Positions 1 through 12,652 of a stretch of 63,693 nt of DNA are shown piece after piece. Location of the stretch: the NCBI RefSeq assembly GCF_001194135.2, contig NC_068994.1, positions 38,401,634-38,465,326 on the forward strand, given 5' to 3'. The position numbers and the translations under genes are program-made. Every line of letters starts with the position of its first letter. Positions within the stretch are counted from its first letter, which is position 1. This DNA comes from Octopus bimaculoides. Lineage: Eukaryota. The notes beneath the pieces were generated by a model. It did no database searches and was not told the origin of the DNA. It was given only the letters and a program-made list of their open reading frames with translations.

Positions 1-39
1 GTAACCTGGAGACATACTTTCTTCTCGGGGAATAAAAAC
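1..39 (-). CDS. Protocadherin gene 1, cytoplasmic exon A (partial, runs off window start)
   Basis: Acceptor tatttatAG at 41-40, then VFIPREESMSPGY, homologous to the five complete 151-bp exon A copies. Confidence 0.8.
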
Positions 40-1159
40 CTATAAATATAAATCCAATGGATCATCATGATGTTCTGGACATTCAAAAGTAGAAATATAA
101 TTCAAAAATTTAAATGATTTTAAGGAACCTTCAGTTGGGATGTTAATTTCTAATCTTTCTGGACTCTAAATTCTAAATTTTCAAAAGTCTAAAAATCGTT
201 TGTTAGAAGGTTGAGCTCAAAACATCAGTCAAAATATTGAAACAACTTTTAGTATATTTTATTTGCTCTGTCTCCAGGATATCTATATAAATAACCACCT
301 CAGGCTACTATGACTTTTGAGTTTATAATTTTCAAAGAAGCTTACAATAGTAAGCAAGAATCATATATTAGGTAATTTAGTTAGCTTAGTAAATTGAAGA
401 TATGAATGATAACAAGCAGTGGAAATAATTCAATATGTATAACAGCAGTCAAGTACCAAACTAACTTTTCAAATTGAATATGACAGTTCATCAATATTAT
501 GTCAGTAACATAAGAACACTATTCTACAGATGAAAATAGCAAACCTGTCTAATATTTACTGCACTTGTACAGATTACAAAATTAGCAATTGTTTGAAATA
601 TTGTGTATATAAAATTCCTCCAACCATAAAGATTGTACTTGTCAATAAATATTTGTTACTTCTTAATTTCCTATGCAGCATTCACATGATGTTTCTCTAG
701 GAATACCCAAATTGAAAAGAGTGTGAAAATACATTTGGAAAAGACAGATGAACAATAAGGAGGACGATTTAAATGTAAATAGTGAGAGTGGTCATCATCT
801 TTTAACATCAGTTCTCCATGCTGATATGGGATGGACAGTATTACAGGAATTAACTAGCTTGAGAGCTGTCCATACTCCATCTCTCTATATTCCCATAGTT
901 TCTATGATTGAATGCCCTTCCTAATACTAACCAGTTAATGTAGTGAGTGCTTTTACATGGCCCCCATCATGGGCACTTTCATGTGGAACCTCTATGGGCA
1001 ATTTTACATGGGACCTCCATGGGTGTGTTTACATGGTACCTAAATGATTGCTCTGAAATATATATAAAGCAGTTATATGTCATGCAGGAGCACAAAAGCA
1101 AATGAAACATACAACAACAATTTTTTCCTTGATATTCCAAATAAATATAAGCAATTTAC

Positions 1160-3505
1160 CTGTTGCGGTCTGTTTAAAGTCAGATCATTCCACTTATCAC
1201 ATGGCATGGTTCTGCAGTGAATATCTTCCCTGTCAAACTTTGATTGTTGAGATGGCTTCAGTTTCCTCGACATTGTGTAATGAACTCCAGGAGGAACACA
1301 GGTAGGATCAAATATATATTTTGATTGGATGTTTATTGCAGGTGTAACCTTGTGGTACATATCAACACTACTATCATAGTTGCTATCTGTCTGCTTCAGT
1401 CTATGAACTATACAGATTGATATAGAGATCACTATAACAACTGATACAATCACAGCTGCTATAACAATAACAATCATCACATTCAATTGGAGACCATTAC
1501 TTGATTCTGTTGTCGTCTTTGAAGGAGTCTTAAATATCTTTGATGTGTTGTNNNNNNNNNNNNNNNNNNNNNNNNNNNNNNNNNNNNNNNNNNNNNNNNN
1601 NNNNNNNNNNNNNNNNNNNNNNNNNNNNNNNNNNNNNNNNNNNNNNNNNNNNNNNNNNNNNNNNNNNNNNNNNNNNNNNNNNNNNNNNNNNNNNNNNNNN
1701 NNNNNNNNNNNNNNNNNNNNNNNNNNNNNNNNNNNNNNNNNNNNNNNNNNNNNNNNNNNNNNNNNNNNNNNNNNNNNNNNNNNNNNNNNNNNNNNNNNNN
1801 NNNNNNNNNNNNNNNNNNNNNNNNNNNNNNNNNNNNNNNNNNNNNNNNNNNNNNNNNNNNNNNNNNNNNNNNNNNNNNNNNNNNNNNNNNNNNNNNNNNN
1901 NNNNNNNNNNNNNNNNNCATACATGTTCTTTTCTTCTCTGTCTAGTGACTCAGTTGTAGAAATAAATCCCACATCAGATATCTGAAATGGTAGAATATAT
2001 TTACCATTAGATAACAAAGAATAGGTTAATTGTCCTCCATCTCCAATATCTGGGTCTGTAGCATTGACATATCCAACAGGGAAGTCTTTGTGTTCGTTTT
2101 CATAGGTGAGGAACTTAAATATGTCCTGACTAAACTGAGGTTGTACATCATTTATGTCAGTAACAAGCACAGAAAACTGTTTCTCTACTTTCAATGGAGG
2201 TAAACCATTATCTTGACATTTAATGGTGAAATTAAAGCTCTTTTCTCTTTCTCTATCTATTTCACTCTTTACAACAACTTTGTATTTCTTTTCAGACTCT
2301 GAGATTAGCTGAAGGTATCTATTTTGTAAATGGCACTTCACTTGTCCATTTACTCCACTGTCATTGTCAATAGCATTGACATAAGCAAAGAAGCTATGAA
2401 TTTGGGTTCCTTCTGAGAGAACAGCTGTTTTTCCAGTTGACTTAACGACAAATTTGAAGTCAATGTTTGGTGGATTATTATGATGAGTGACACCATTTAC
2501 CAGAACAATGGCAGTTGATGACATTGGTGGGTTGCCATTATCTCTGGCTTCAACAAACAATTTATATATCCTTCCGAACTGAAATTCTTTCTTCAGAAAC
2601 AAATATCCAAGTACTTCATCTAATCTGAAAAACTGTACAGCATATTTTGATGTGATGGCATTGAAAAAATAAGATATTAATCCATTTTCTCCTTCATCTA
2701 AATCTGTAGCTGACAGCTTTGCAATAGGTTTGTTTAACTGGTGTGTGTCATTTACAGTGACATTATAACTATTTTCAGAGAACAAAGGTTTATTGTCATT
2801 TATATCTTTAACTAATATTTTAATATGAAGTACACCTTTTTTCTCTGGTGATTCTTTATCTCTGGCAATTAGCTGAATTTCATAAATGCTTTTTGTCTCA
2901 CGATCTAAGACATGTTCAAGATTTAATTGCAATAAAACAGATCCATCGAATTGTTTAGAAACAAGCAATTTAAAAGGAGTATTTAAATTTTCGATCCCAT
3001 AAGTGATTCTGGAATTCTTAATACTGACATCATTATCAATGGCATTTGGAATTATAGACTTGGTTCCTATTGAATCATTTTCATCAAATTTTAAATGAAA
3101 TTCCTCTTTTGGAAACTTGGGATAATTATCATTGACATCTTCTATTATAAGTTTCAGTTTTAATATCTTAATAACAGAATAGCCATGTTGAACAGTTATT
3201 TCCAATATTCTGAAACATTCCACATTATATTGACACAGAATTTCTGCATCCAATATGGCAGCTGTGTACAAGTGTCCTCCCTGTGTAACATTAAATAACA
3301 GAACTGTTTCATCAGTACTTCCCTGAAGTACATTAAACATCAGTTTGCTGCTATCATCCAGAGATGGTACAGTATCCAATAAGTGTGTATCAGTGACAAT
3401 ATCTCCAATATAGCTGTGTATATCATTGTTCTCTTTCACATGGTAGGTATGATCCACACACCAACAACTCTCAGCCATTAACAACAAGAGAAGTATGTAT
3501 AACAT
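1160..3505 (-). CDS. Pcdh: Protocadherin gene 1, large exon (signal peptide, EC1-EC6, TM, proximal tail); N gap at 1552-1917
   Basis: ORF 1073..3505 has a signal peptide (MLYILLLLLMAESCWC), an EC1 C-X5-C motif (CQYNVEC), DxNDN/LDRE cadherin motifs and a TM (VMIVIVIAAVIVSVVIVISISICIV). CAG|GTAAAT donor at 1160, homologous to the other paralogs. Confidence 0.93.
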
Positions 3506-3654
3506 GGTTACAGTCTACAATTCTGTTGTAAGGAAATATATGTATAATGTTGTTGAAACCTATGAAATAGTGACTTCTTGAATATTTTCTGTTATCACCT
3601 GTAAACATATGAAACATAGGAACTTATTTATGCATTAATAACAATGAACTGTTG

Positions 3655-3740
3655 TGGCCATCCAGTTCACCAGTCCACAGTCAAATCGTCCAATCCATGC
3701 TAGCATGGAAAGCGGACATCAAACGATGATGATGATGATG
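3655..3740 (+). repeat. 3' tail of a SINE/LINE-type repeat ending in (GAT)n
   Basis: cagtcaaatcgtccaatccatgctagcat...aaacgatgatgatgatg; the same tail recurs at ~15395-15460. Confidence 0.6.
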
Positions 3741-4674
3741 AAGTTGCATCCTTTACATTTAGGCACTATTCATAAACTTATTCTAAGATAGAAAATTAAA
3801 AAATATTTTAGCATTTCCTTCTAGCAGTCCATTATTAAAATGGACTGAACTCATTTTAACTTGTTTTTCTAATACATATAAAAACTATTTATGGGATGAT
3901 GGAGATCAAAAATACCATTCATTTAAACACCACCACCTGAGTCTTTTTCACTTTTACTGGTTTTACTCATTGAACAGGAGCCATGCTGGGGCTCTCCCTT
4001 AATACTTATAACGAATTCACTCTCTTACAATATTAGTGCTCTCTAACCGTTCTATTCCTAAAGTTATTAAGTTGCAGACTTTTAAAATGGGTTTCTGTTT
4101 CATTGATACGGTTCGTTTCTTAGATTCACAGTTACTACTGAATCACATTCTGTAATTCGCTATTTGATGAAAACGAAGAAAAAGATAAATACTAACAAAA
4201 CACTAACTAAATGAGTTGTTGCCCTTTGATCCTGACCTAAAAAAAAAAAAAATTAAAACACATAATAGCTGCCTAACAGTCTTAGCTGAAATAAATATTT
4301 TCTTTCATCACATCTACCTTCTAATTACTAATATTGAGCATCATTCTCCCATTAAACATTAGCCAATCTAATCACAGTTAAACATTCAGTAATTTAGTGT
4401 TTACTGGAACAGTAAAATTATAAATTTTAAAAATTTAGTTAAATTATATCTTTCCTAAAATTTACCATTCTAGATGGTCTTTGAGAAATACTATTTATAT
4501 TCCAGATTTGATGAATGGAAATCCTGACAAGGTACAAATATCTGTAAGAAATTCTAACAATAAGTAAACTGATTCTATTATTACATCCTGTATGTAACAA
4601 TGGACTGAACTTGTGATTAAATAAACCATTTGAGAAACAAATAAAAGATTACACAACAGAATAAGTTTTAATAA

Positions 4675-4935
4675 GTACTTACCAACAGGTAACAGTTATT
4701 TATATAATCGTTGCTGTGCTGTTTCAGTGTTTTGGTAACAAAGTTATTTTAGTAGCAGAAGTTCTGAGCAGTTTGGTATGTGATAGTGTTATGGAGTTCT
4801 ATGAAGTTGGTTGTGTAGTATGTAATGTGTGTTGTAGCCAATGACAAGCTGTCTTTTATTCTAATGCAAGGAAACGGAAATACAGCCTCCAACTTTTGCA
4901 GTTAATGATGGGCTGACTCAGAGACTGGTTTACTT
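4675..4935 (-). promoter_or_regulatory. Conserved promoter + non-coding exon 1, copy 1 (gene 1)
   Basis: Minus-strand donor TTG|GTAAGTA at 4683; invariant core tgtgtagtatgtaatgtgtgttgtagccaatgacaag (CCAAT 4838-4842); ggaaacggaa; gctgactca. Homologous block found upstream of six genes. Confidence 0.8.
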
Positions 4936-5401
4936 AACCCACCCCCATTTACACATACATATACATGTGTATGTGTGTTAGTACTTTCATAAATGAATAA
5001 GGAAGAAATGTCTAATGATTAGAATGAAGTGGACAGGCAATAAATTCAGTATGGAAAATATTGTTTCAAAATAATGTTAATATAAATGTGTAAAAGTATA
5101 AGGAACCTAACTTTAGTAACTTTATGTTACAAATTGCACATAACTTTCAGAAAGCTATGATGGAACCAAGATAAAATTAATTAGTATTAGATATAGAAAT
5201 ATGGAAATATATTAATACAAAACAACACCAGTGGAATCACGAAGAAAAGTTTTTTTAGAAAATACGAAACTATGGCTATCAATAAACTTATTTATGTTCA
5301 GNNNNNNNNNNNNNNNNNNNNNNNNNNNNNNNNNNNNNNNNNNNNNNNNNNNNNNNNNNNNNNNNNNNNNNNNNNNNNNNNNNNNNNNNNNNNNNNNNNN
5401 N

Positions 5402-7051
5402 AACATTTGCTGTGTTCTCCAGTGATGGTGTTCCTTTATCTTTTACTAAAATCTTAAACTCGTACATGTTCTTTTCTTCTCTGTCTAGTGTCTCAGTTGT
5501 GGAAATAAATCCCACATTAGATATCTGAAATGGTAGAATATCTTTTCCATTAGTCAACAAAGAATAGGTTAATTGTCCTCCATCTCCAATATCTGGGTCT
5601 GTGGCATTGACATATCCAACAGGGAAGTCTTTGTTTTCATTTTCATAGGTGAGAAACTTAAATATGTCCTGACTAAACTGAGGTTGTACATCATTTATGT
5701 CAGTAACAAGCACAAAAAACTGTTTCTCTACTTTCAATGGAGGTAAACCATTATCTTGACATCTAATTGTGAAATTAAAGCTCTTCTCTATCTCTCTATC
5801 TATTTCACTCTTGACAACAACTTTGTATTTCTTTACAGACTCTGAGATTAGCTGAAGATATTTATTTTGTAAATGACACTTAACTTGTCCATTTACTCCA
5901 CTGTCATTGTCAATAACTTTGACATAAGCAACAAAGCTGTGAATTCGTGTTCCTTCTGAAATAACACCCGTTTTTCCAGTTGACTTTATGACAAATTTGA
6001 AGTCAATGTTTGGTGGATTATTCAAATGAGTGACACCATTTACCAGAACAATGGCAGTTGATGACATTGGTGGGTTACCATTATCTCTGGCTTCAACAAA
6101 CAATTTATATATCCTTCCAAATTGAAAGTCTTTCTTTAAGAACAAATATCCAGTTACTTTATCTAATCTGAAACACTTTATAGCATATGTTGATGTTTTA
6201 CTATTGAAGAAATAAGATATTAATCCATTTTCTCCTTCATCTAAATCTGTAGCTGACAGCTTTGCAATAGGTTTGTTTAACTGGTGTGTGTCATTTACAG
6301 TGACATTATAAATATTTTCAGAGAACAAAGGTTTATTGTCATTTATATCTCTAACTAATATCTTTATATGAAGCACACCTTTTTTCTGTGGTGATTCTTT
6401 ATCTCTGGCAATTAGCTGAATTTCATAAATGCTTTCTGTCTCACGATCTAAGACATTTTCTAGATTTAGTTGCAATAAATCAGATCCATCCAATTGTTTA
6501 GAAACAAACAATTTAAAAGGAGTATTTAAATTTTCGATCTCATAAGTGATTCTGGTATTCTTAATACTGACATCATTATCAATGGCATTTGGAATTATAT
6601 ATTTGGTTCCTATGAAAACGTTTTCATCATATTGAATATGAAATTTCTCATTTGGAAACATAGGAGAATTATCATTGACATCTTCAATTACAACTTTGAT
6701 TTCTAATATCTTAATAACAGAATAGCCATGTTGAACAGCTATTTCTAATATTCTGAAACATTCCACATTATATTGACACAGAATTTCTGCATCCAATATG
6801 GCAGCTGTGTGCAAGTGACCTCCAGGTGTAACATTAAATAACTGAACTGTTTTATCAGTGCTACCCTGGAGTACATTAAATGTCAGTCTGTTGCCATCAT
6901 CCGAAGATGGTACAGTATCCAATAAGTGTGTATCAGTAACAATATCTCCAATAAAGCTATGTATATCATTGTTCTCTTTCACATGGTAGGTATGATCCAC
7001 ACACCAACAACTCTCAGCCATTAATAACACCAACAAAAGTATGTATAACAT
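5402..7051 (-). CDS. Pcdh: Protocadherin gene 2, large exon (EC1 to near the end of EC5); 3' part lost in the 100-N gap at 5302-5401
   Basis: Open frame from ATG 7051 to the gap; closest paralog of gene 1 (same MLYILLL..AESCWCVDHTYHVKENNDIHS start). Confidence 0.88.
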
Positions 7052-7407
7052 GGTTACAGTCTACAATTCTGTTACAAAGAAATATATGTATGATGTTGAT
7101 GAAATCTGTGAGATAATTGTAATTTCTTGAATATTTTCTTCTGTTATCACCTGTAAACATATGAAACATAAAAGTTTATTAAACATTAACAAAGATGAAG
7201 TGATCTAGAAAATTCACATAACTGAAAACTGATAGCAGTACAAAATTGTACCAACATATTACAAGGTATGTCAAAAAAATCTACATTATTATTCCATTCT
7301 TTCTCTCTATATGCATTTGATAGAACTTTATGATGTTATTTTCCTCCTACGCAAATAATTTATGTTTTGGTAGGTAAAAATATTGCATCAAGAAATACAA
7401 TAATATC

Positions 7408-8290
7408 GTGACATCTCACATTCCTGAAGTGCAGTGGCACACAGACAATGCAGCTGAAGCCCTGCAAATATTCAAACAAAACATCATGTACTATTGTGAA
7501 GATGAGGATATTACAGAACCAAGGAAAATAGCCTTAAAAATATTAAGAGGCACTGGAAATGAAGGACTCAAATGTCTGAATGCATCTAGCTTATCAAATG
7601 CTGACAAGAAAAACACAAATAAACTGTGGGAATTGTTCAAAGCACAAGTCAAGACAAACATCAATTTCAGCATGATGAGACAATTGATGACAAACAATAA
7701 CCAAAAAATATGAGTCTGAAGAAAATGAGCTTGAACAACGGATCTTTAAATTATTGATTGCTTCAACTCCCATCAAAGCATTCCAAAAAAAGCTGCTAGG
7801 AAAGGAGAAAGACTATAAACTTGAAGATGCCCTAACAGAGGGTAGAAAATTTGAAGCTATTCTTGCTGGAAGAAGTCAGATACAACAACCTGCAAACACA
7901 GAACCAAGCAATGTAGATATTGTCAAGTGTTCATGAGAAAATTGGGAATGAATGCACCCACCAAGAAAGTGCCCTGCATATGAAGATTCCTGTAACTTCT
8001 GCAACAAAAAGGGACATTGGAAAAAATTCTGTCGTCAATGGGAACAAACAGAATAGAACAAGACAGAAAAATGGCGATGGAAAAAGAACACACAAAAAAT
8101 TTCATGATATAGAATCAAGCAACAAGGCTCATAGTGACTCAGAAGAGAACTGTGATCACTACCACTGCATACAAATTTCAAGCATGCAAGATGAAGCCTT
8201 TGCAACATTGGATATCGTATGTCTACAGAAAGAAAAGGTACAACAAATGAAATTAAAGATTGATACAGGAGCAGCAAAATGGTTTTATGG
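7408..8290 (+). mobile_element. Degenerate Ty3/Gypsy LTR retrotransposon, gag-protease part
   Basis: Gag-like ORF pieces, a CCHC zinc knuckle (CNFCNKKGHWKKFC, ~7990-8035) and an aspartic protease motif LKIDTGA (~8250-8275), with stops and frameshifts. Confidence 0.8.
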
Positions 8291-8299
8291 TATAAAGTT

Positions 8300-10805
8300 T
8301 TTGTAGAAATCCAGTGTTTTCACTGTTCTGCTTGATCTTGTGATTCTTTTGTGGGGTTAGCATTGAGCCCTTTTCATGCATTTGGCCATTATTTTGTGTT
8401 TCTGCATTGTTATCAGGAGGATTATTTGTGATTTCTTTCCTTGAACCATGTTGAGTAACATATTCCATGGAGTTTGTAGGGTTCATAACGTTTCGTGGAG
8501 TTTGTGGGGTCTGTTGGATGGTTGTTTGTTTCTATATTGTTGGGCGATCTGACGGGCATTTCCATCTCAGTGGTCTGTTCATACAGTCTGTCTATGCCTA
8601 TGTCAGTATCTCTCAGTTCCCTTCTGTTTCTCCGCAGATCTCCAAGTATTGTTTTCACAATGTAAGACCTCGGTTCTTTACATTGTCCTGCTATTTCTCC
8701 AGGTATTCAATGTGTGTTGCTTTTGTCAAGTACTCATACAGCTTGACCTTTGTGCAACAGAGGTAAGTCCATATTTGCATGCTGGTCATACGCAGCTTTC
8801 ATTTGTACTTTCTTTTCTTCAAGAAGTTTTCTCTGTCTTTGAGTTTAGTGAGAGTAGCTCCAGTGTAATGGCACAAGTGTTGTGATTGGTCTACTAAATA
8901 GATTTCAGTGGGTGACGGCAACTTAAAGTTTAATGATGTGGCTCTTAGATTCAACAATGCATTGTTGGTATGTTTTCTTTGCTTTGTTCACATTTTTGGA
9001 GAGTCTTTTTGATTTTCAGTACTTGTCTCTCTATGAATCTATTTGATTGGAGGTACCTTAGTGATGTGAATTGTTGAAATGGTTTTCCAGTATGTTGAGG
9101 ACCATTGTCGCTGAAAATTTCATCAGGTCTGCTGAAGGGAGACACAGTCTTTTTGAATTCCTCTAGGACTGCTTTGCTTATGGTTTGGCTGAGGTGAGTC
9201 ACAATCGGAAATTTGGAGAAGTAGTCACAAATGAGCAGAGAAGTTTTGCCACTGATTTCAAGTAGATCTGTTCCTAGTTTTTTTATGGGTCGCTGGGAAC
9301 GTCATGAGGTATCAGTGACTCTTTGTTGTTGGTAGTTGCAATACTTGGCTTATTTGACAGGATCTGCACATTTCTTCAGTGTCTTTGTTGATGCTTGTCC
9401 AATAGGCGCCTTCACAAGAGTGAAGTTTGGTTTTTTTCTATCCCTTGATGAGAAGCATGGAGCTGTACTAGAATGTCATATTGTAGACGAGGAGGTATCA
9501 ACATTTGTGTCCCTTTGAAGAGGATTCCATCTCCTACATCCAATTCATCTAGAAAAGACCAGTGTGTCTTTATATCATCTGCGACTTGTTTGATGTTGTC
9601 TGGCCACCCACAAGTGATTGTTTCCATCAGTGTAGCCAAAGTAGAATCTCTGATGGGGAACTCACGCAGTTGGTAACATTTGTTGATGGAAAAATTGACA
9701 AGGTCAAATTCAGATTAGTAGATTTCTCCCGTAGTCAATTCAATCCCATTCACTCTCACGTCAAGGTCAATGTCTTTATTGCCTTCATGGCATGGGAGGC
9801 AAGACAGAGCGTTGGCTGATATCATGGTATGCCCTGGGCGGTATTTGATTTTGAAATCATATCCCTGAATTTTCTGGAGCATCCTTTGTAGTCAGGGTGG
9901 TGCTCAAAGAAGGGATTTTTCTGCGATCACCTCCAGGGCTTTGTGGTCTGTGATGACTTCAAACAGATACCTGTAGAGGTATGTGTGGAAACTGGTGATT
10001 CCAAATACCACAGTCAAACTACCCAAACATCGATCGTGAAACGCTGGCTGAGATTTGTCAAGGGCTTTCTATGGAAATGCCACAGGTTTGCTATCTTGCA
10101 CAATAGCTACTCCAAGTCCTTTCAAAGTGCTGTCTACCTCAAGTCCTGTCTTTTGCTTTGGGTTAAAGAACCTGATATTTGATTTCTCTGAAATGGTTGA
10201 TTTAAGTTTTCCAAAGCAGTGTATGCAGTCTTCAGACAAATGGTATATTTTTCTTGAGGTGGTCCCTTAATGGTTGTGATTCCATGCTGAAGTTTGGCAT
10301 GAATGTTGCAAAGAAATTCATCATTTACAAGAACTTTTGTAGCTCTTCCTTGTTTTCTGGAACAGACAGGTTTCGAATGTCACGAACACTTGCTGGGTCT
10401 GGCCTGATGCCATCTTTGGAATAAATATTTTCTAAGAAAGAGATTTCGGGTTGATGAATGTGGCATTTGTCCTAGTTCAATACCAATCCAGATTCCTTTC
10501 CTTTTTTCCAGGAGTCTTTGTAGATTTCTGTCATGCTCTTCTTCGTCTTTGCCATGGACAGCGATGTCATCCTTTATTCCAAAAACCCCTGGGAGTTCTT
10601 CAATGATTTCGTCCATTCTAGCTTGAAAGATATCGTGAGATATTTTTAGACCAAATGACAATCTAGTCCAACAATATCTTCGAAATGGGGTCCTGAAGGT
10701 TGTGAGCAGCTGACTCACTTCATCCAAATGAACTGACCAGTATCCTGCTTTTACATCTAGTTTACTGAAAAAACTAGAACCAGCGAACTGAGGTTCCTTT
10801 TATCT
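8300..10805 (-). mobile_element. Degenerate Ty3/Gypsy pol (RT-RNaseH-integrase), opposite strand to gag-protease
   Basis: RT: FSKLDVKAGYWSVHLDE..FRTPFRRY..FGLKISHDIFQ..IKDDIAVHG. Integrase: LHASHQGIEK and FSDNGPQH. Many stops. Confidence 0.85.
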
Positions 10806-11480
10806 TTTACTGGTTTCAGTTATTTGATGGCAGCCATACTAGGGAACTCCCTAAATACTTATAACGCATTTACTCTTTTACAATACTAGTACTCCCCAAC
10901 CATTTTATTCCTAAGGTTTATAAGTTGGTTCGTTTCTAAGCGTCACAGTTACTGAGCCACATTCTATAATTAACTAGTCAATGAAAAGGAAAGAAAAAAA
11001 ACATAAATAATAACAGAACTTTAACTAAATGAGTTGTTGCCCTTTGATCCTGACAAAAACGAAAATAAGAAAGAAAACAGATGCCTAACAGTCAAAGCGA
11101 AAGAAATAAATTTCTTCATTACATACACCTTCTAATTATTAATATTTAACATTTATGTTATATTTAACATCATTTTTCCATTAAACATTAGACAATTTAA
11201 TCACAATTAAACATTCAGTAAAATTATAAATTTAAAAAATTTAGTAAAATTATATCTTTCCTAAAATTTACCATTCTAGATGGTCTTTGAGAAATACTAT
11301 TTATATTCCAGATTTGATGAATGAAAATCCTGACAAGGTACAAATATCTGTAAGAAATTCTAACAATAAGTAAACTGATTCTATTATTACATCCTGTATG
11401 TAACAATAGAATGAACTTTTGATTAAATAAACCATTTGAGAAACAAATAAAAGATTACACAACAGAATAAGTTTTAATAA

Positions 11481-11742
11481 GTACTTACCAACAGGTATCA
11501 GTTATTTATATAGTTGTTGCTGTGCTGTTTCGGGGTTTTGGTAACAAAGTTATATTAGTAGCAGAAGTTCTGAGCAGTTTGGTATGTGATAGTGTTATGT
11601 AGTTCTATGAAGTTGGCTGTGTAGTATGTAATGTGTGTTGTAGCCAATGACAAGCTGTCTTTTATTCCAATGCAAGGAAACGGAAATACAGCCTCCAACT
11701 TTTGCAGTTAATGATGGGCTGACTCAGAAACAAGTTTACTAA
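11481..11742 (-). promoter_or_regulatory. Conserved promoter + non-coding exon 1, copy 2 (gene 2)
   Basis: Donor at 11489, CCAAT 11644-11648, TGACTCA 11720-11726; near-identical to copy 1. Confidence 0.8.
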
Positions 11743-12652
11743 ACCCACTCACACATACACATGTGTATGTGTGTTAGTACATAAATGAATAAGGAAGAAA
11801 TGTTTAATGATTAGAATGAAGAGGGCAATCAATAAATTCAGTATGGAAAATATTGTTTCAAAATAATGTTAATATATATGAATAAAAGTGTAAGAAACTG
11901 AACTTTAAAAACTTTTTAGAAAATACGAAACTATGGCTATCAATAAACTTATTCATCTTTAGTGGAAATGTGTTAAGTAGAACATAGAAGAAAAGCAGAA
12001 TGAGATAATGAACAGAAAGAATGATAGTAAAGAGTTGCATAACCAAACTGTTGCATTTGTTAAATTATAGCAACTCACTTCATTTTGGATTTAATACATT
12101 TCCTCAGAATTAATAGTAATATTGAGGAATTTCACAAAGAACAGAAGCATAACAGAACTACTAATAGATATAACTTGTACAAACTACTGCAGTAAAGTAT
12201 TCTGTAAATCTCAAATTTGTAACAGAACAGTAACATTTCAGAGCCTTGGAAAATGTAAATTGATAGCATTACAGACTATAAATACACGATTCTTGAGATT
12301 TACTATTTTAGAAATGGATTCGCAGAAAAGTTAGAATGTTGTATAAAATGATTGCCGTATTTACTTACAAATTATTATGCACTGTGCTAAAATTGCTGTG
12401 GTTAACTTTATTTTATCATTACCAAATGCCATTAAATATAAACCAAATAATTGGGTTGATTTACAGTAACTTTAAATTTAAAAATAGAAGCTGAAAACTA
12501 ACAGAAACTAATGAATAAAACATTACTAATGCATGTTCTACTATAAAATGAAATATTGTTATATTATTAATATTTTCTATTAATGTATTCCTTACTGAAA
12601 ATGTATTGCCTGTCTTGAGAAAATAATGTGTTGTGTTCTTCAAATTATGCAA

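Noticed and set aside
1483-1985. ORFs made mostly of X (also around 5212-5457, 16016-16219, 48809-49585, 52774-53235, 54311-54742)
   Set aside because: They only span N gaps or microsatellites; there is no coding evidence.
3523-3600. Possible extra acceptor or mini-exon just upstream of the gene 1 and 2 large exon
   Set aside because: Two candidate AGs (3524 and 3600) cannot be told apart without cDNA, and the region is not shared with genes 3-6.
4801-4935. Direct homology of the promoter block to the mammalian CSE/CTCF site
   Set aside because: No CGCT box or convincing CTCF consensus seen by eye. The analogy is positional only; a PWM scan would settle it.
5402-7051. Gene 2 as a truncated pseudogene
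   Set aside because: The frame is open up to a 100-N gap of unknown size; the missing part is more likely unassembled.
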